A stretch of DNA of 64,000 bases from Nitrosopumilus sp. (GTDB taxonomy: Archaea > Thermoproteota > Nitrososphaeria > Nitrososphaerales > Nitrosopumilaceae), in the NCBI GenBank assembly GCA_965238275.1, contig OZ250186.1, forward strand, positions 320,001 to 384,000. Direction: 5' to 3'. Below are positions 10,591 to 20,176 of this stretch, in pieces (positions within the stretch are counted from its first letter, which is position 1; each line of letters begins with the position of its first letter). The notes under the pieces were generated by a model. It saw nothing but the letters and a program-made list of their open reading frames with translations, did not search any database and was not told where the DNA came from. A program made the position numbers and the translations under genes.

Positions 10591-10650
10591 TTTTATAACA
10601 TGCTTCCAAGTTTTCATAACAGCCGTATAATTTTTATAACATGCTTCCAA
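10591..10650. promoter_or_regulatory. 19-bp direct repeat upstream of dndB (putative operator)
   Basis: ttttataacatgcttccaa at 10591-10609 and 10632-10650. Confidence 0.5.
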
Positions 10651-10702
10651 AAAACATAATGTGATTAGGCAAACACTACATGAAGATGAGGCTGCAAGTG
10701 CC

Positions 10703-11740
10703 ATGACATTTCCTGCAACCCGGGGAATGCAGGCGGGGCGTGTGTTTTACGTATTCATGTGTGATTTTGCCACCATTGGTAATTACTTCAAGTTTGGTAA
10801 TGATTCTGGCATACCACCGAACATGAGGGCCCAACGTAGGATCCAGAATACGCGCGTGCCAAGAATCACATCATACATCCTGGATAATCCAGACAGCTAT
10901 GTCTTTTCTGCCATCACAGTCTCCGTAGATAAAAAGATACTTTTTGAACCAACACCGCAGAATGACTCCGAAAGTAAGGTAGGCATAATAAGAATCCCCA
11001 GCAATGCCAAGATCCTGGTAAATGACGGGCAACACAGATGCGCGGCAATCCGATCCGCATGTGAGGATGATGCACGTGTCGGAACAGAGAGGATTGCCGT
11101 GGTGGCCTTTGAGGATCGCGGACTCAAGAGAAGCCAGCAGATGTTTGCCGATCTCAATAAACATGCGGTAAAGCCTACAAGATCACTCGGACTACTATAT
11201 GATCACAGGGACACGTTTGCAAGATTCATAGTGACGCTGGTCAACGACGTTGACATATTCTATGGCCGGACTGAGATGGAACGTACCAACATCTCGAACC
11301 GCTCCACGACATTCGTGACCCTGAACGGAGTGGCCGATGCGACAAGATACCTACTAAAGCTGAAAACAAAATCCATCTCCGCCGAGAAGCAAAAGCTTGC
11401 GGTGGAATATTGGAGTAGGGTATCTGCAAATATACCTGAATGGAACCTGCTGCTACAGGGAAAGATAAAGCCATACGATCTCAGAAAAACATATGTTCAT
11501 GCACACACGAACATCCTGAACGCGCTCGGACTAGTTGGGCATGTCCTGACGCAGCGAAATGATTGGAGGGAGAGGTTAAAGGGCCTTCAGAAGATTGACT
11601 GGAGAAAGAGCAGCCCGATATGGCAGAACAATGTGGTAATGGACGGCAAGATGCTCAAGAATAGGCTCGGGATAAAGAGGGCGGCAAACATGATACTTGA
11701 GAATCTTGGTGTTTACGAAACCGTGGACACGGGTTTCTGA
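10703..11740 (+). CDS. dndB: DNA sulfur modification protein DndB (DGQHR domain)
   Basis: NDGQHR motif, SQQMFADLN; first gene of the dnd operon (ORF open from 10661). Confidence 0.93.
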   Translation: MTFPATRGMQAGRVFYVFMCDFATIGNYFKFGNDSGIPPNMRAQRRIQNTRVPRITSYILDNPDSYVFSAITVSVDKKILFEPTPQNDSESKVGIIRIPSNAKILVNDGQHRCAAIRSACEDDARVGTERIAVVAFEDRGLKRSQQMFADLNKHAVKPTRSLGLLYDHRDTFARFIVTLVNDVDIFYGRTEMERTNISNRSTTFVTLNGVADATRYLLKLKTKSISAEKQKLAVEYWSRVSANIPEWNLLLQGKIKPYDLRKTYVHAHTNILNALGLVGHVLTQRNDWRERLKGLQKIDWRKSSPIWQNNVVMDGKMLKNRLGIKRAANMILENLGVYETVDTGF

Positions 11741-11742
11741 TC

Positions 11743-13251
11743 ATGCCTTCTGAATCATTCTTCAAGTCGCACACGCTTGAGAACATCTACAGTGAGATAA
11801 GGCAGGTGTATCTCGGAGACAACAGGCCGTGGATCCTTGGATTTAGCGGCGGCAAGGACTCCACATGCATGGTTCAACTCATCTGGAACGCATTATCCGA
11901 TCTTCCCGCCGAGAAGATTCACAAGAGATTGTTCATAATCTCCTCGGACACGCTAGTCGAGTCACCGAAGGTCGTTGAGCAGATAACCGGAGCACTTGAC
12001 ATGATGGAAAAGGCATCAAAAAAATCACACCTTCCCATATCCACCAATCTGGTACGGCCCGTAATCGAGGACACGTTCTGGGTGTGCCTTCTGGGCAAGG
12101 GATTCCCCGCTCCAAGCAACCTGTTCAGATGGTGCACGGAGCGATTAAAGATAAGGAATGCAGACAGGTTCATCCAAGACAGGGTATCTGAGTACGGCGA
12201 GGCAATTGTGGTGCTCGGTACAAGAAAGGATGAGAGCGGTTCCAGGCAACAACTGATGAACCTGTACGAGATAGACGGAAGCCTGCTATCGCGCCATTCC
12301 AAGTTTGCCCAGACTTACGTCTATACCCCACTACGTGACTTTACGGCAGAGGATGTGTGGAATTACTTGCTACAGAAGAAAAACCCGTGGGGTGCAAACA
12401 ACCGGGATCTGTTGGCACTGTACCAGAACGCAAACGCCTCGGAATGCCCACTTGTGGTAGATGCCAGCACACCGTCGTGCGGCAACAGCCGGTTCGGATG
12501 CTGGACGTGCACTGTGGTTACAGATGATTCCTCACTTCGGAACACCATCGAGAACGGCGAGGAATGGATGGAACCGTTGCTTGAGCTTCGCGAGGAGCTA
12601 AAGGAAACGCAAGATCCAGTTAAGAGAGCAGAGGTTCGATCCCTCAAGCGTAGGATTGGACACATGAAACTCATTGATGACGCACGCAGAAAGGGCTTTG
12701 ACAAGAAAATTCAAGAATCCAAAATGGAACAGAAGGCAGGCGGGGACCACAACCAGGATGATCCGTACTCCAAACTGGTCCCGGGGCCATACACCCTGGA
12801 ATTCTGCCAAGAGTTTCTAGAAAAACTCCTCAGGGCACAGAAAAAGGTAAGGCAGAACGGGCCAGATCCACACATGATGCTCATATTGGATGAGGAGATT
12901 CACGAGATTCAGAGGATATGGAGGATAGAGCGCGGCGACTGGAAGAACACTGCATACCAGATATACGAAAGGATATTAGGCGAGAGGCTCATCCCGCCGC
13001 ATGAGGATCTGGGGGGATTCGGGGCCATCGAACAAAGCGTGCTGGAGGAGATCTGCCAGAAGAACAACGTTCCGACACTGCTAGTCTCCAAACTGCTAAA
13101 CGCCGAACATGAATCCCAAGGCATGGCACAGCATTCCAAAATATATCCAAAGATAAACAAGATACTCGCCGAAGAGTGGAGAGAAGACATGGATGAGATA
13201 ATCCATGACCTTGAGCGCCAAAAGAACACGAAAAAGGAGTTCGGCGGGTAG
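11743..13251 (+). CDS. dndC: DNA phosphorothioation protein DndC (PAPS reductase family)
   Basis: PWILGFSGGKDS, FRWCTERLKI, CGNSRFGCWTCT. Confidence 0.96.
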   Translation: MPSESFFKSHTLENIYSEIRQVYLGDNRPWILGFSGGKDSTCMVQLIWNALSDLPAEKIHKRLFIISSDTLVESPKVVEQITGALDMMEKASKKSHLPISTNLVRPVIEDTFWVCLLGKGFPAPSNLFRWCTERLKIRNADRFIQDRVSEYGEAIVVLGTRKDESGSRQQLMNLYEIDGSLLSRHSKFAQTYVYTPLRDFTAEDVWNYLLQKKNPWGANNRDLLALYQNANASECPLVVDASTPSCGNSRFGCWTCTVVTDDSSLRNTIENGEEWMEPLLELREELKETQDPVKRAEVRSLKRRIGHMKLIDDARRKGFDKKIQESKMEQKAGGDHNQDDPYSKLVPGPYTLEFCQEFLEKLLRAQKKVRQNGPDPHMMLILDEEIHEIQRIWRIERGDWKNTAYQIYERILGERLIPPHEDLGGFGAIEQSVLEEICQKNNVPTLLVSKLLNAEHESQGMAQHSKIYPKINKILAEEWREDMDEIIHDLERQKNTKKEFGG

Positions 13252-13254
13252 TAA

Positions 13255-15300
13255 TTGATCGTAACTAAGGTGATATTGCAAGATTACGGCGTGTATCGTG
13301 GCAGAAACGAGTTTGACTTTACGTGCACGGAAAAGAAGCCGATTGTACTGATTGGTGGGACGAACGGTGCTGGAAAGACCACACTCTTCGAATCCATAAT
13401 GCTCTGTCTTTACGGTATATCCACAATGGGAAAGAGAAGCACGAAAAAGGCGTACAACAAGTTCCTTACGCGAAAAATTCACCGGTATCTAAAGAGTGCA
13501 ACACCTGCGGATCACGCATCCATCACGGTACAGTTCAAGTTCTTTCACAACGGCCAGGAGACAGAGTACTGCGTGGAGCGCTCGTGGAGAAAGGAGGACG
13601 GCGTGGTGGACGAGCAGCTTACAGTCAAGAAGCGCAGCCCGGATCAGAACGACTTTGGTTCTCTGGAGGCGATAGAAAAATCATACTGGCAGTCGTTCAT
13701 AGAGGATCTCATCCCGAAGGGGATAGTAAAGCTGTTCTTCTTTGACGGAGAAAAAATAGTCGGGATCGCAAGGGAGGGCACAGAAGATATCACCATCAAA
13801 GAGTCCTTCAAGTCACTTCTCGGCTTGGAAATCGTAGAGCAACTGCGTGCAGACCTGCAAGTCAACCTGACCAGAAACCTCACCGGTGGCAGCAAGTCGC
13901 TACAGCAGGACTTTGAAAAATACAAGGCAGAGAAGGATGAAAGCATGCACAACACGGAAAGACTGAGGGATAAGCTTGCCCAGAAACAATCTGAGATGGA
14001 CTCGCTGCGCATGGAGATTGATAGTATGGAGGCTAGGATCTCAAAGATAGGCGGCAAGTTTGCCACCGGGCGCGAGGCAGCCAAGGAAAAGCTTGCAGCA
14101 ATAAAGATTATCCACGACAGCATACAGCATAGAATCACGGAGCTGTGCTCCGGCGTACTGCCGTTTGCAATCATACCTACTGTTCTTGAAAGACTATCAG
14201 AGCAGATCCGGACTGATGAGTCAATCCAGCAACAGAGAATTGGACAGAAACTACTCGATTCCAAATTCAAAAAGATCACAGCCAGAATCAGGACGCAGAA
14301 ATTCTGGAATGATGCGGATCTCGATGCAGACAGCAGGGACAAGACAGTTTCCATGATATACGATCTGTTGGAAGAGGAGAGGGTATTGTCAGAGCCGCGC
14401 AGCAAGCCGGTATTTGGATTCTCGACCTTGCAGGTATCTAGGGTTACCAGCATAATCCAGCAGGCAAATACTACTGCACTGCAGAGTCTCAAAAAAGACA
14501 CCGAGAAGATAATAGACGTAGAGGAGACAATATCCCAGCTGGAGACCTCGATTGCAAACGCGCCAAGCGATGATGAGATCGGATCCCTAGTGTCCGAGAT
14601 CGGCAAGATGCACACACGAGCGGGCGCACTTCAGACAGAGATGGACCACATAGAGGAAAGGATATCCAGCAACATTTCCCTAAGGCAGCACCTTGACGCG
14701 AAGCTGCGGGATATTGTATCCCAGATTTACAAGAATGAAAAGTCAAAACAGCACGTGAAACTGACGCAGGATGTCCAGAACGTACTAGAGGAGTTTGTCG
14801 AGAAACTGAAGGCCAGAAAGATACATCTTTTAGAAAAATACTTGCTAGAGTCGACTAGGACACTCATGCACAAGAAAAGCCTCATCGGAAGGGTCAGGGT
14901 CGATCCGGACACATTCGAGGTCATGCTGTTCAGAAAAAACGATGATCTCCTCCCCAAGAATCTCCTATCAGAAGGAGAGAAACAGATGTTTGCAATGGCC
15001 ATCCTGTGGGCTCTGGCCAAGACATCGGGCAGGCCGCTACCGTTCGTGATTGACACGCCGCTTGCAAGACTTGACGAGGGTCACAGGACAAGCATAGTTG
15101 AAAAGTTCCTCCCTGTCGCGTCGCACCAAGTCCTGATATTCTCAACTGACAAGGAGATAGAGTATGAGGATTCTAGAAAGCTGGAGCCGTACGTGGCCAG
15201 ATCATACGCGATGGAGTACGTTGAGGATGAGGGAACCACGAAAAAGCACGACAGCTACTTTTGGAACAAGGAGGGAAAGAGGATTGTTGCGGTTCAGTAG
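13255..15300 (+). CDS. dndD: DNA sulfur modification ATPase DndD (SMC-like)
   Basis: GTNGAGKTT, LFFFDGEKI, LSEGEKQ, IDTPLARLD, ASHQV. Confidence 0.95.
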   Translation: MIVTKVILQDYGVYRGRNEFDFTCTEKKPIVLIGGTNGAGKTTLFESIMLCLYGISTMGKRSTKKAYNKFLTRKIHRYLKSATPADHASITVQFKFFHNGQETEYCVERSWRKEDGVVDEQLTVKKRSPDQNDFGSLEAIEKSYWQSFIEDLIPKGIVKLFFFDGEKIVGIAREGTEDITIKESFKSLLGLEIVEQLRADLQVNLTRNLTGGSKSLQQDFEKYKAEKDESMHNTERLRDKLAQKQSEMDSLRMEIDSMEARISKIGGKFATGREAAKEKLAAIKIIHDSIQHRITELCSGVLPFAIIPTVLERLSEQIRTDESIQQQRIGQKLLDSKFKKITARIRTQKFWNDADLDADSRDKTVSMIYDLLEEERVLSEPRSKPVFGFSTLQVSRVTSIIQQANTTALQSLKKDTEKIIDVEETISQLETSIANAPSDDEIGSLVSEIGKMHTRAGALQTEMDHIEERISSNISLRQHLDAKLRDIVSQIYKNEKSKQHVKLTQDVQNVLEEFVEKLKARKIHLLEKYLLESTRTLMHKKSLIGRVRVDPDTFEVMLFRKNDDLLPKNLLSEGEKQMFAMAILWALAKTSGRPLPFVIDTPLARLDEGHRTSIVEKFLPVASHQVLIFSTDKEIEYEDSRKLEPYVARSYAMEYVEDEGTTKKHDSYFWNKEGKRIVAVQ

Positions 15301-15670
15301 GCTGAGGATGAGCTACCGCTCGCAGAACCTGCTTGCGCAGCTGAAGGCCAGGACGGGCCTTACGCCGAACATCACGGGAAGGTTTGCCATCTGCATGTCG
15401 CTCAATGATCCATCTCCGCCAAATCCCGAAGAGTTTGATGAGAACGGCTCTGAGATACACCCGTCGGTACTGTTTGGTGAGTACGAGGACATCTTCATGG
15501 CAGTCATGGTCATGCGGCTGAGAAAAGACGGACTTGATCCGCAGCTGTACCTTAACAGGATGGTCAGGGCGCACTTTAACCGCGGCACGATCGCATTGTT
15601 TGCCAGGGTGCATGACTTGGTTGACTTTGACCGGATCGTGCGGCAAGAGAGAGAGGCGCAATCTGGATGA
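15287..15670 (+). CDS. dndE: DNA sulfur modification protein DndE
   Basis: LKARTGLTPNITGRFAICMSL...RAHFNRG; probable TTG start at 15287. Confidence 0.92.
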   Translation: MRFSRLRMSYRSQNLLAQLKARTGLTPNITGRFAICMSLNDPSPPNPEEFDENGSEIHPSVLFGEYEDIFMAVMVMRLRKDGLDPQLYLNRMVRAHFNRGTIALFARVHDLVDFDRIVRQEREAQSG

Positions 15671-16827
15671 ATCTTCCCGTATACCTCGATCACCATGCTA
15701 CTACACCATTGGATCCGCTAGTGTTGGATGCCATGATGCCATATCTGACCGAGCGATTCGGCAACGCATCCAGTCTGGATCATCAGTACGGGTATGAAGC
15801 ATCAGTAGCAGTAGATGATGCCCGGGCAAAAGTGGCGAAGCTTGTAGGTGCGAGGCACGACGAGATTATCTTCACCAGCGGTGCCACGGAATCGGATAAC
15901 TTGGCACTAGTTGGCGCAATGGAAAGATTCCGGGGCAATAGGAACCACCTGATTACGTGTGTAACCGAACACAAAGCGGTGCTGGACACGGCACGTCACT
16001 TGGAAAGTATTGGGAAAAATGTAACATACATGTCAGTCGACGAGTTTGGGGACGTCAACCTTGGAGATCTCGAGGAAACGATCACGGACGAAACAGTTAT
16101 GATATCTGTAATGGTAGCCAACAACGAAGTCGGAACCATAGCCGACGTCAAGAAAATAGGCAAGATAGCCCACAAGCATGGTGTGCTGTTTCACACAGAC
16201 GCAGCTCAGGCGGCAGGACACATTCCGCTGAACGTGAAGGAAATGAGCATAGACCTGATGTCTTTCTCCGCACACAAAATGTACGGTCCCAAGGGAATTG
16301 GCGCTCTGTACGTGCGCGGAATACGCCCTAGGGTGGGACTCGACCCAATTCTGCACGGCGGCGGACAGGAACGAAACATGCGCCCTGGCACATACAACGT
16401 TCCATCCATAGTGGGGTTTGGTAGAGCAGCGGAGATTGCAAACAACGAGATGGACAAAGAGCAGACCAGATTCGCAGATTGGTCAACCAAGATCGTCAAC
16501 GAGCTCGGCAAGGTGGGTGCTTTGCTTAACGGGCACCCAGAACATCGCCTGAAACACAACATCAACGTCTGCTTCCCAGGTATTGAGGGAAAAGCCATAA
16601 TCAACTCGGTGTCCAAGTATCTGGCCATATCGGCCGGCTCCGCGTGTACGACGCAGACAGTGGAACCGTCTCACGTGCTAATGGCAATGGGTCTGGGAGA
16701 AGAACGTGCCCACTCGTCTATTCGGCTCGGGCTGGGTAGATTCAACACAGACGAAGAGATAGACTATGCCATAAACAAGATCGTGTCGCAAACAGCCATG
16801 ATCTCCAGCATAGGGGTGAGTGGGTAA
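15667..16827 (+). CDS. dndA: Cysteine desulfurase DndA/IscS
   Basis: YLDHHATTP, FTSGATES, SAHKMYGPKG, SAGSAC; inside the dnd operon. Confidence 0.93.
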   Translation: MNLPVYLDHHATTPLDPLVLDAMMPYLTERFGNASSLDHQYGYEASVAVDDARAKVAKLVGARHDEIIFTSGATESDNLALVGAMERFRGNRNHLITCVTEHKAVLDTARHLESIGKNVTYMSVDEFGDVNLGDLEETITDETVMISVMVANNEVGTIADVKKIGKIAHKHGVLFHTDAAQAAGHIPLNVKEMSIDLMSFSAHKMYGPKGIGALYVRGIRPRVGLDPILHGGGQERNMRPGTYNVPSIVGFGRAAEIANNEMDKEQTRFADWSTKIVNELGKVGALLNGHPEHRLKHNINVCFPGIEGKAIINSVSKYLAISAGSACTTQTVEPSHVLMAMGLGEERAHSSIRLGLGRFNTDEEIDYAINKIVSQTAMISSIGVSG

Positions 16828-17801
16828 TGGATTCTGTTACAGATCACAAACCCCTAGGGGATCCTGACGGATGCTTGGAATGCGCTGGATCTGATGCAAG
16901 CGACTTTGTGGTTGTAGTGGGTAAAAAGGATGAGGAGAGATTCAGAAAATTTGCTATCGGTGAAGACAAGGCCATAATAGAGAACATAGAAGCATTACCT
17001 GAGGTGAATCGCGTCTGGGCACTACGGAGTAAGCGCACATCCGATGTCATATGGTCGAAGATCCATAGTGGAAATCGTGTATTCTTCGCACGCTACGGGA
17101 TGCCCTTCTCGCACCTAGGCATAGTTTTGGGAACGTTGGTTGATGAGTCAGTGGCAACCCGCTTGTGGGGAGACACGCCACAGGTGCGCCAGCTTGACAG
17201 GTTGGTGCTGTTCTCCTCAGTCCAGAAAATCTCAAAGCAGTTTGGCAAGACATGCAATCTGGCCGGCATAAGACCAACCCCGTTCACATCAATCTACGTA
17301 GCCAAGAATCTGATACTCACTTTTGTGAAACCGGATTCCCGACATCTCGACATGGGGCCTGCTGGCGTCATGATGTTGGACGGTGGCACAAATGGTACCG
17401 TGATGTTAGAATCTGGCGTAGCCGGACCGCCTAAGAGAGTGACAGAAGCGGTAACTAGATTCTTGCGTGATACGGAGAAGGTAAAGCAGCTAAAGTCCAA
17501 ATATCAAGGCAAGTGTCAGATCTGCGGGTACGTGCTGCGACGGCTGGAAGGTGGCATGTACAGTGAGGTACATCACTTACGCCCTCTCAAGGACGACGGT
17601 GACGATGACTTTGGAAACATGCTGAATCTGTGCGCCAACCACCACGTGGAGTTTGACTATCTCTTGATCGGGGTATTAGAGGATTGCCAGACAGTTGTAG
17701 ACATACATGGAAACAGAATGGGAACCCTCACATTTAACAGGGGACATGAATTGACTCGTAAGAATATCCTGTTCCACCTGAAGAGGATGGGAATGAAATG
17801 A
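16827..17801 (+). CDS. HNH endonuclease with PUA/EVE-like N-terminal domain
   Basis: CQICG...EVHHLRPL...NMLNLCANHHVEFD; N-terminal WSKIHSGNRVFFA...HLGIV pattern resembles EVE/PUA domains. Confidence 0.75.
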   Translation: MDSVTDHKPLGDPDGCLECAGSDASDFVVVVGKKDEERFRKFAIGEDKAIIENIEALPEVNRVWALRSKRTSDVIWSKIHSGNRVFFARYGMPFSHLGIVLGTLVDESVATRLWGDTPQVRQLDRLVLFSSVQKISKQFGKTCNLAGIRPTPFTSIYVAKNLILTFVKPDSRHLDMGPAGVMMLDGGTNGTVMLESGVAGPPKRVTEAVTRFLRDTEKVKQLKSKYQGKCQICGYVLRRLEGGMYSEVHHLRPLKDDGDDDFGNMLNLCANHHVEFDYLLIGVLEDCQTVVDIHGNRMGTLTFNRGHELTRKNILFHLKRMGMK

Positions 17802-19876
17802 GTCTACGGGATCTGGATCTGAAGCCCCAGTATGACTCCATAACAGACGACGTGTACGGGGATTTTTTCAACAAGGTGCTCAAACGCTCTCTGATGTGTG
17901 CTCGAGTGGGAGGAAAGTTCACATCCAGAAACTTTGCTGCATGCGCTGAGGGGATGCAAGAGTTCATCACTCTTGACGGGACAATGAGACTAGTTCTGCT
18001 GCCCGAGTTTACTGAGGAAGACATCGACGCGATTAACATGGGTGTTAGCAGGGCACAAGACGTGCTCTCTGAGAGATGGATACACGATCTGTCTGAAGTG
18101 AAGGACAAATTCGTGGAGAGTCACACTAAGGCGCTGGCGTGGATGCTTGTCAACGGGCATCTAGAGATCAAGATAGTTGTGCCCGTGAGGAGCGATGGGT
18201 CGGTAGTGTCGTACATGGAGCTGCATGATAGTCAGGTATTTCGCAACAAGATAGGCATATTCTGGGACGGGAACAATGATGCCGTGTCATTTTCAGGCAA
18301 TATCGAGTTTGATGACAGAATGATGGGAGAATATTACCAGTTCAGAGTGTATCGAGGATGGGATGAAAGCGAGAGGCGATACGTGGAACAGGATCTAAAT
18401 GAATTCTACAGATACTGGGATGGCCAAGGGATAAACTCCGAAATCGTGCTGAAGACACTGGCACTACCCGATGCGGTGAGGGACAGTTTATTCAGAATAG
18501 CCCCAAAGTCAAAACCAGAGATAATTCTACAGAACACACCTAGACTCCGTCCGTACCAGAAGGAAGCTGTGCGCATGTGGAACGAAAACGGAGGTAAGGG
18601 CGTGTTCGAGATGGCCACTGGCACTGGCAAAACATTTACCGCTATAGGGTGCATCGAAAAAACCAAGGAAAAAGAGGACAGGTTACTCGTTGTGGTGGCA
18701 TGCCCATTTGATAACCTAAAGAGACAATGGAAATGCGAGCTGGAGAGATGGGACATCAAGTCTATCGTGATTTCTGACACTCGGAATTGGCTCCAGACCT
18801 TAAAGGATCAAATCGCGTCACTGGAGGTATCTGGGAATGGTAGGATTGTAGTAGTGATCACCACGTACAAGACACTCAGCTCCGACAAGTTCGTCCAAGC
18901 CATAAAGAGATGCCGCATTCCGACCATGTTGGTGGCAGACGAGGTTCACAACGCGGGGTCTTCCGGGCAGGCGGCCGGGCTTACGGAATCTTACAGGTAC
19001 CGGTTGGGTCTGTCGGCTACGTTGGAGAGGTACTTTGACCCGGTGGGAACGGAACTAGTGCGCCGGTTCTTTGAGAAAACCGTATATGAAATGAACCTGA
19101 AGATGGCCATAGAGAACGAGTTTCTTGTGGGTTATCACTACTACCCAATCTTCACGGACTTGAACGGTGAAGAGTACAAAGAATATCGGAAATACACGAA
19201 GAACATAGCGAGGTTGTGGAATGCAAAAAAACCAGAGCATCGTAGGCGTCTTGAGAATGCCATACTTGCACGGTCACGTATAGTGCGTGATGCGGCAAGC
19301 AAGCTTGACAGGTTTGGGGAGTGGGTAGAGAAGCACAAGGACAACATGGGGTACACACTCGTATATTGTTCCGAGAGGCAGACGACTGAGGCCAAACAAA
19401 CCCTTACTCACTCCGATATAGTTAACCGTGAGATCACGGCCAAAAATCCGTCTGATCCTAGTCAGAGGCCAATCATCCTGAAAAACTTTAGTGCTGGACG
19501 CTATGATGTGATAGTGGCCAACAAGGTGCTTGATGAGGGTGCCGACGTACCGGCAGCAAAGCGATGTATGCTTCTATCCAGCACAGGAAATCCCAAGCAA
19601 TTCATCCAGCGGCGAGGCAGAGTGCTTAGAAAATTCAAGGGCAAGTATGGTGATGGGAGTCGCAAAGAACACGCAGATATCTATGACGTACTAGTCATTC
19701 CGGATCTGTCCTCAGACTACACTTCAGAAGAGATCAGTACGGAGCGCCAGATCGTTGATTCACAGATTCGCCGTCTGGAGGAGATGGCAGAGGCAGCCAT
19801 TAATAGGGACGAATGTATGAAGATCATAGTAACACTCAAGGCCAAGTTCTCTCTAGAAAAGACCCACAGGGTGTAA
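17798..19876 (+). CDS. pbeA: PbeA-like PLD-fold + SF2 helicase
   Basis: LRPYQ, MATGTGKT, DEVH, LSAT, DEGADVP, QRRGRVLR; N-terminal PLD-like NKIGIFWD...FSG; position after dnd genes. Confidence 0.8.
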   Translation: MSLRDLDLKPQYDSITDDVYGDFFNKVLKRSLMCARVGGKFTSRNFAACAEGMQEFITLDGTMRLVLLPEFTEEDIDAINMGVSRAQDVLSERWIHDLSEVKDKFVESHTKALAWMLVNGHLEIKIVVPVRSDGSVVSYMELHDSQVFRNKIGIFWDGNNDAVSFSGNIEFDDRMMGEYYQFRVYRGWDESERRYVEQDLNEFYRYWDGQGINSEIVLKTLALPDAVRDSLFRIAPKSKPEIILQNTPRLRPYQKEAVRMWNENGGKGVFEMATGTGKTFTAIGCIEKTKEKEDRLLVVVACPFDNLKRQWKCELERWDIKSIVISDTRNWLQTLKDQIASLEVSGNGRIVVVITTYKTLSSDKFVQAIKRCRIPTMLVADEVHNAGSSGQAAGLTESYRYRLGLSATLERYFDPVGTELVRRFFEKTVYEMNLKMAIENEFLVGYHYYPIFTDLNGEEYKEYRKYTKNIARLWNAKKPEHRRRLENAILARSRIVRDAASKLDRFGEWVEKHKDNMGYTLVYCSERQTTEAKQTLTHSDIVNREITAKNPSDPSQRPIILKNFSAGRYDVIVANKVLDEGADVPAAKRCMLLSSTGNPKQFIQRRGRVLRKFKGKYGDGSRKEHADIYDVLVIPDLSSDYTSEEISTERQIVDSQIRRLEEMAEAAINRDECMKIIVTLKAKFSLEKTHRV

Positions 19877-19974
19877 GAAAGTACGTCCAAGCGTAAATTA
19901 TTGGATTACTAGGAACAACCCATTATTTTGCCCACTAAATCTAAAAACTTTTAAGATATTTTGCAACGACAGAT

Positions 19975-20175
19975 ATGTTGACTATAAACCCGCTCATACT
20001 GGATAAGATTGACAGTCTTGATGTGCCAGACAAGATAAAGATGATCCTCAAAGAGATTCTTGAGATGGAGGATCGTCTAGAGATACACGACGAAAAGAGG
20101 GGTGCTGTGTCATCGATAAGCAAGATTCTTGAGAAATATGCCGACGAGGGGGACGTAAAGGAGTTCTGTTCCTGA
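19975..20175 (+). CDS. pbeB: Small acidic protein, PbeB-like
   Basis: 66 aa between helicase and ATPase, 1 nt before the next start; assignment positional. Confidence 0.55.
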   Translation: MLTINPLILDKIDSLDVPDKIKMILKEILEMEDRLEIHDEKRGAVSSISKILEKYADEGDVKEFCS

Positions 20176-20176
20176 C

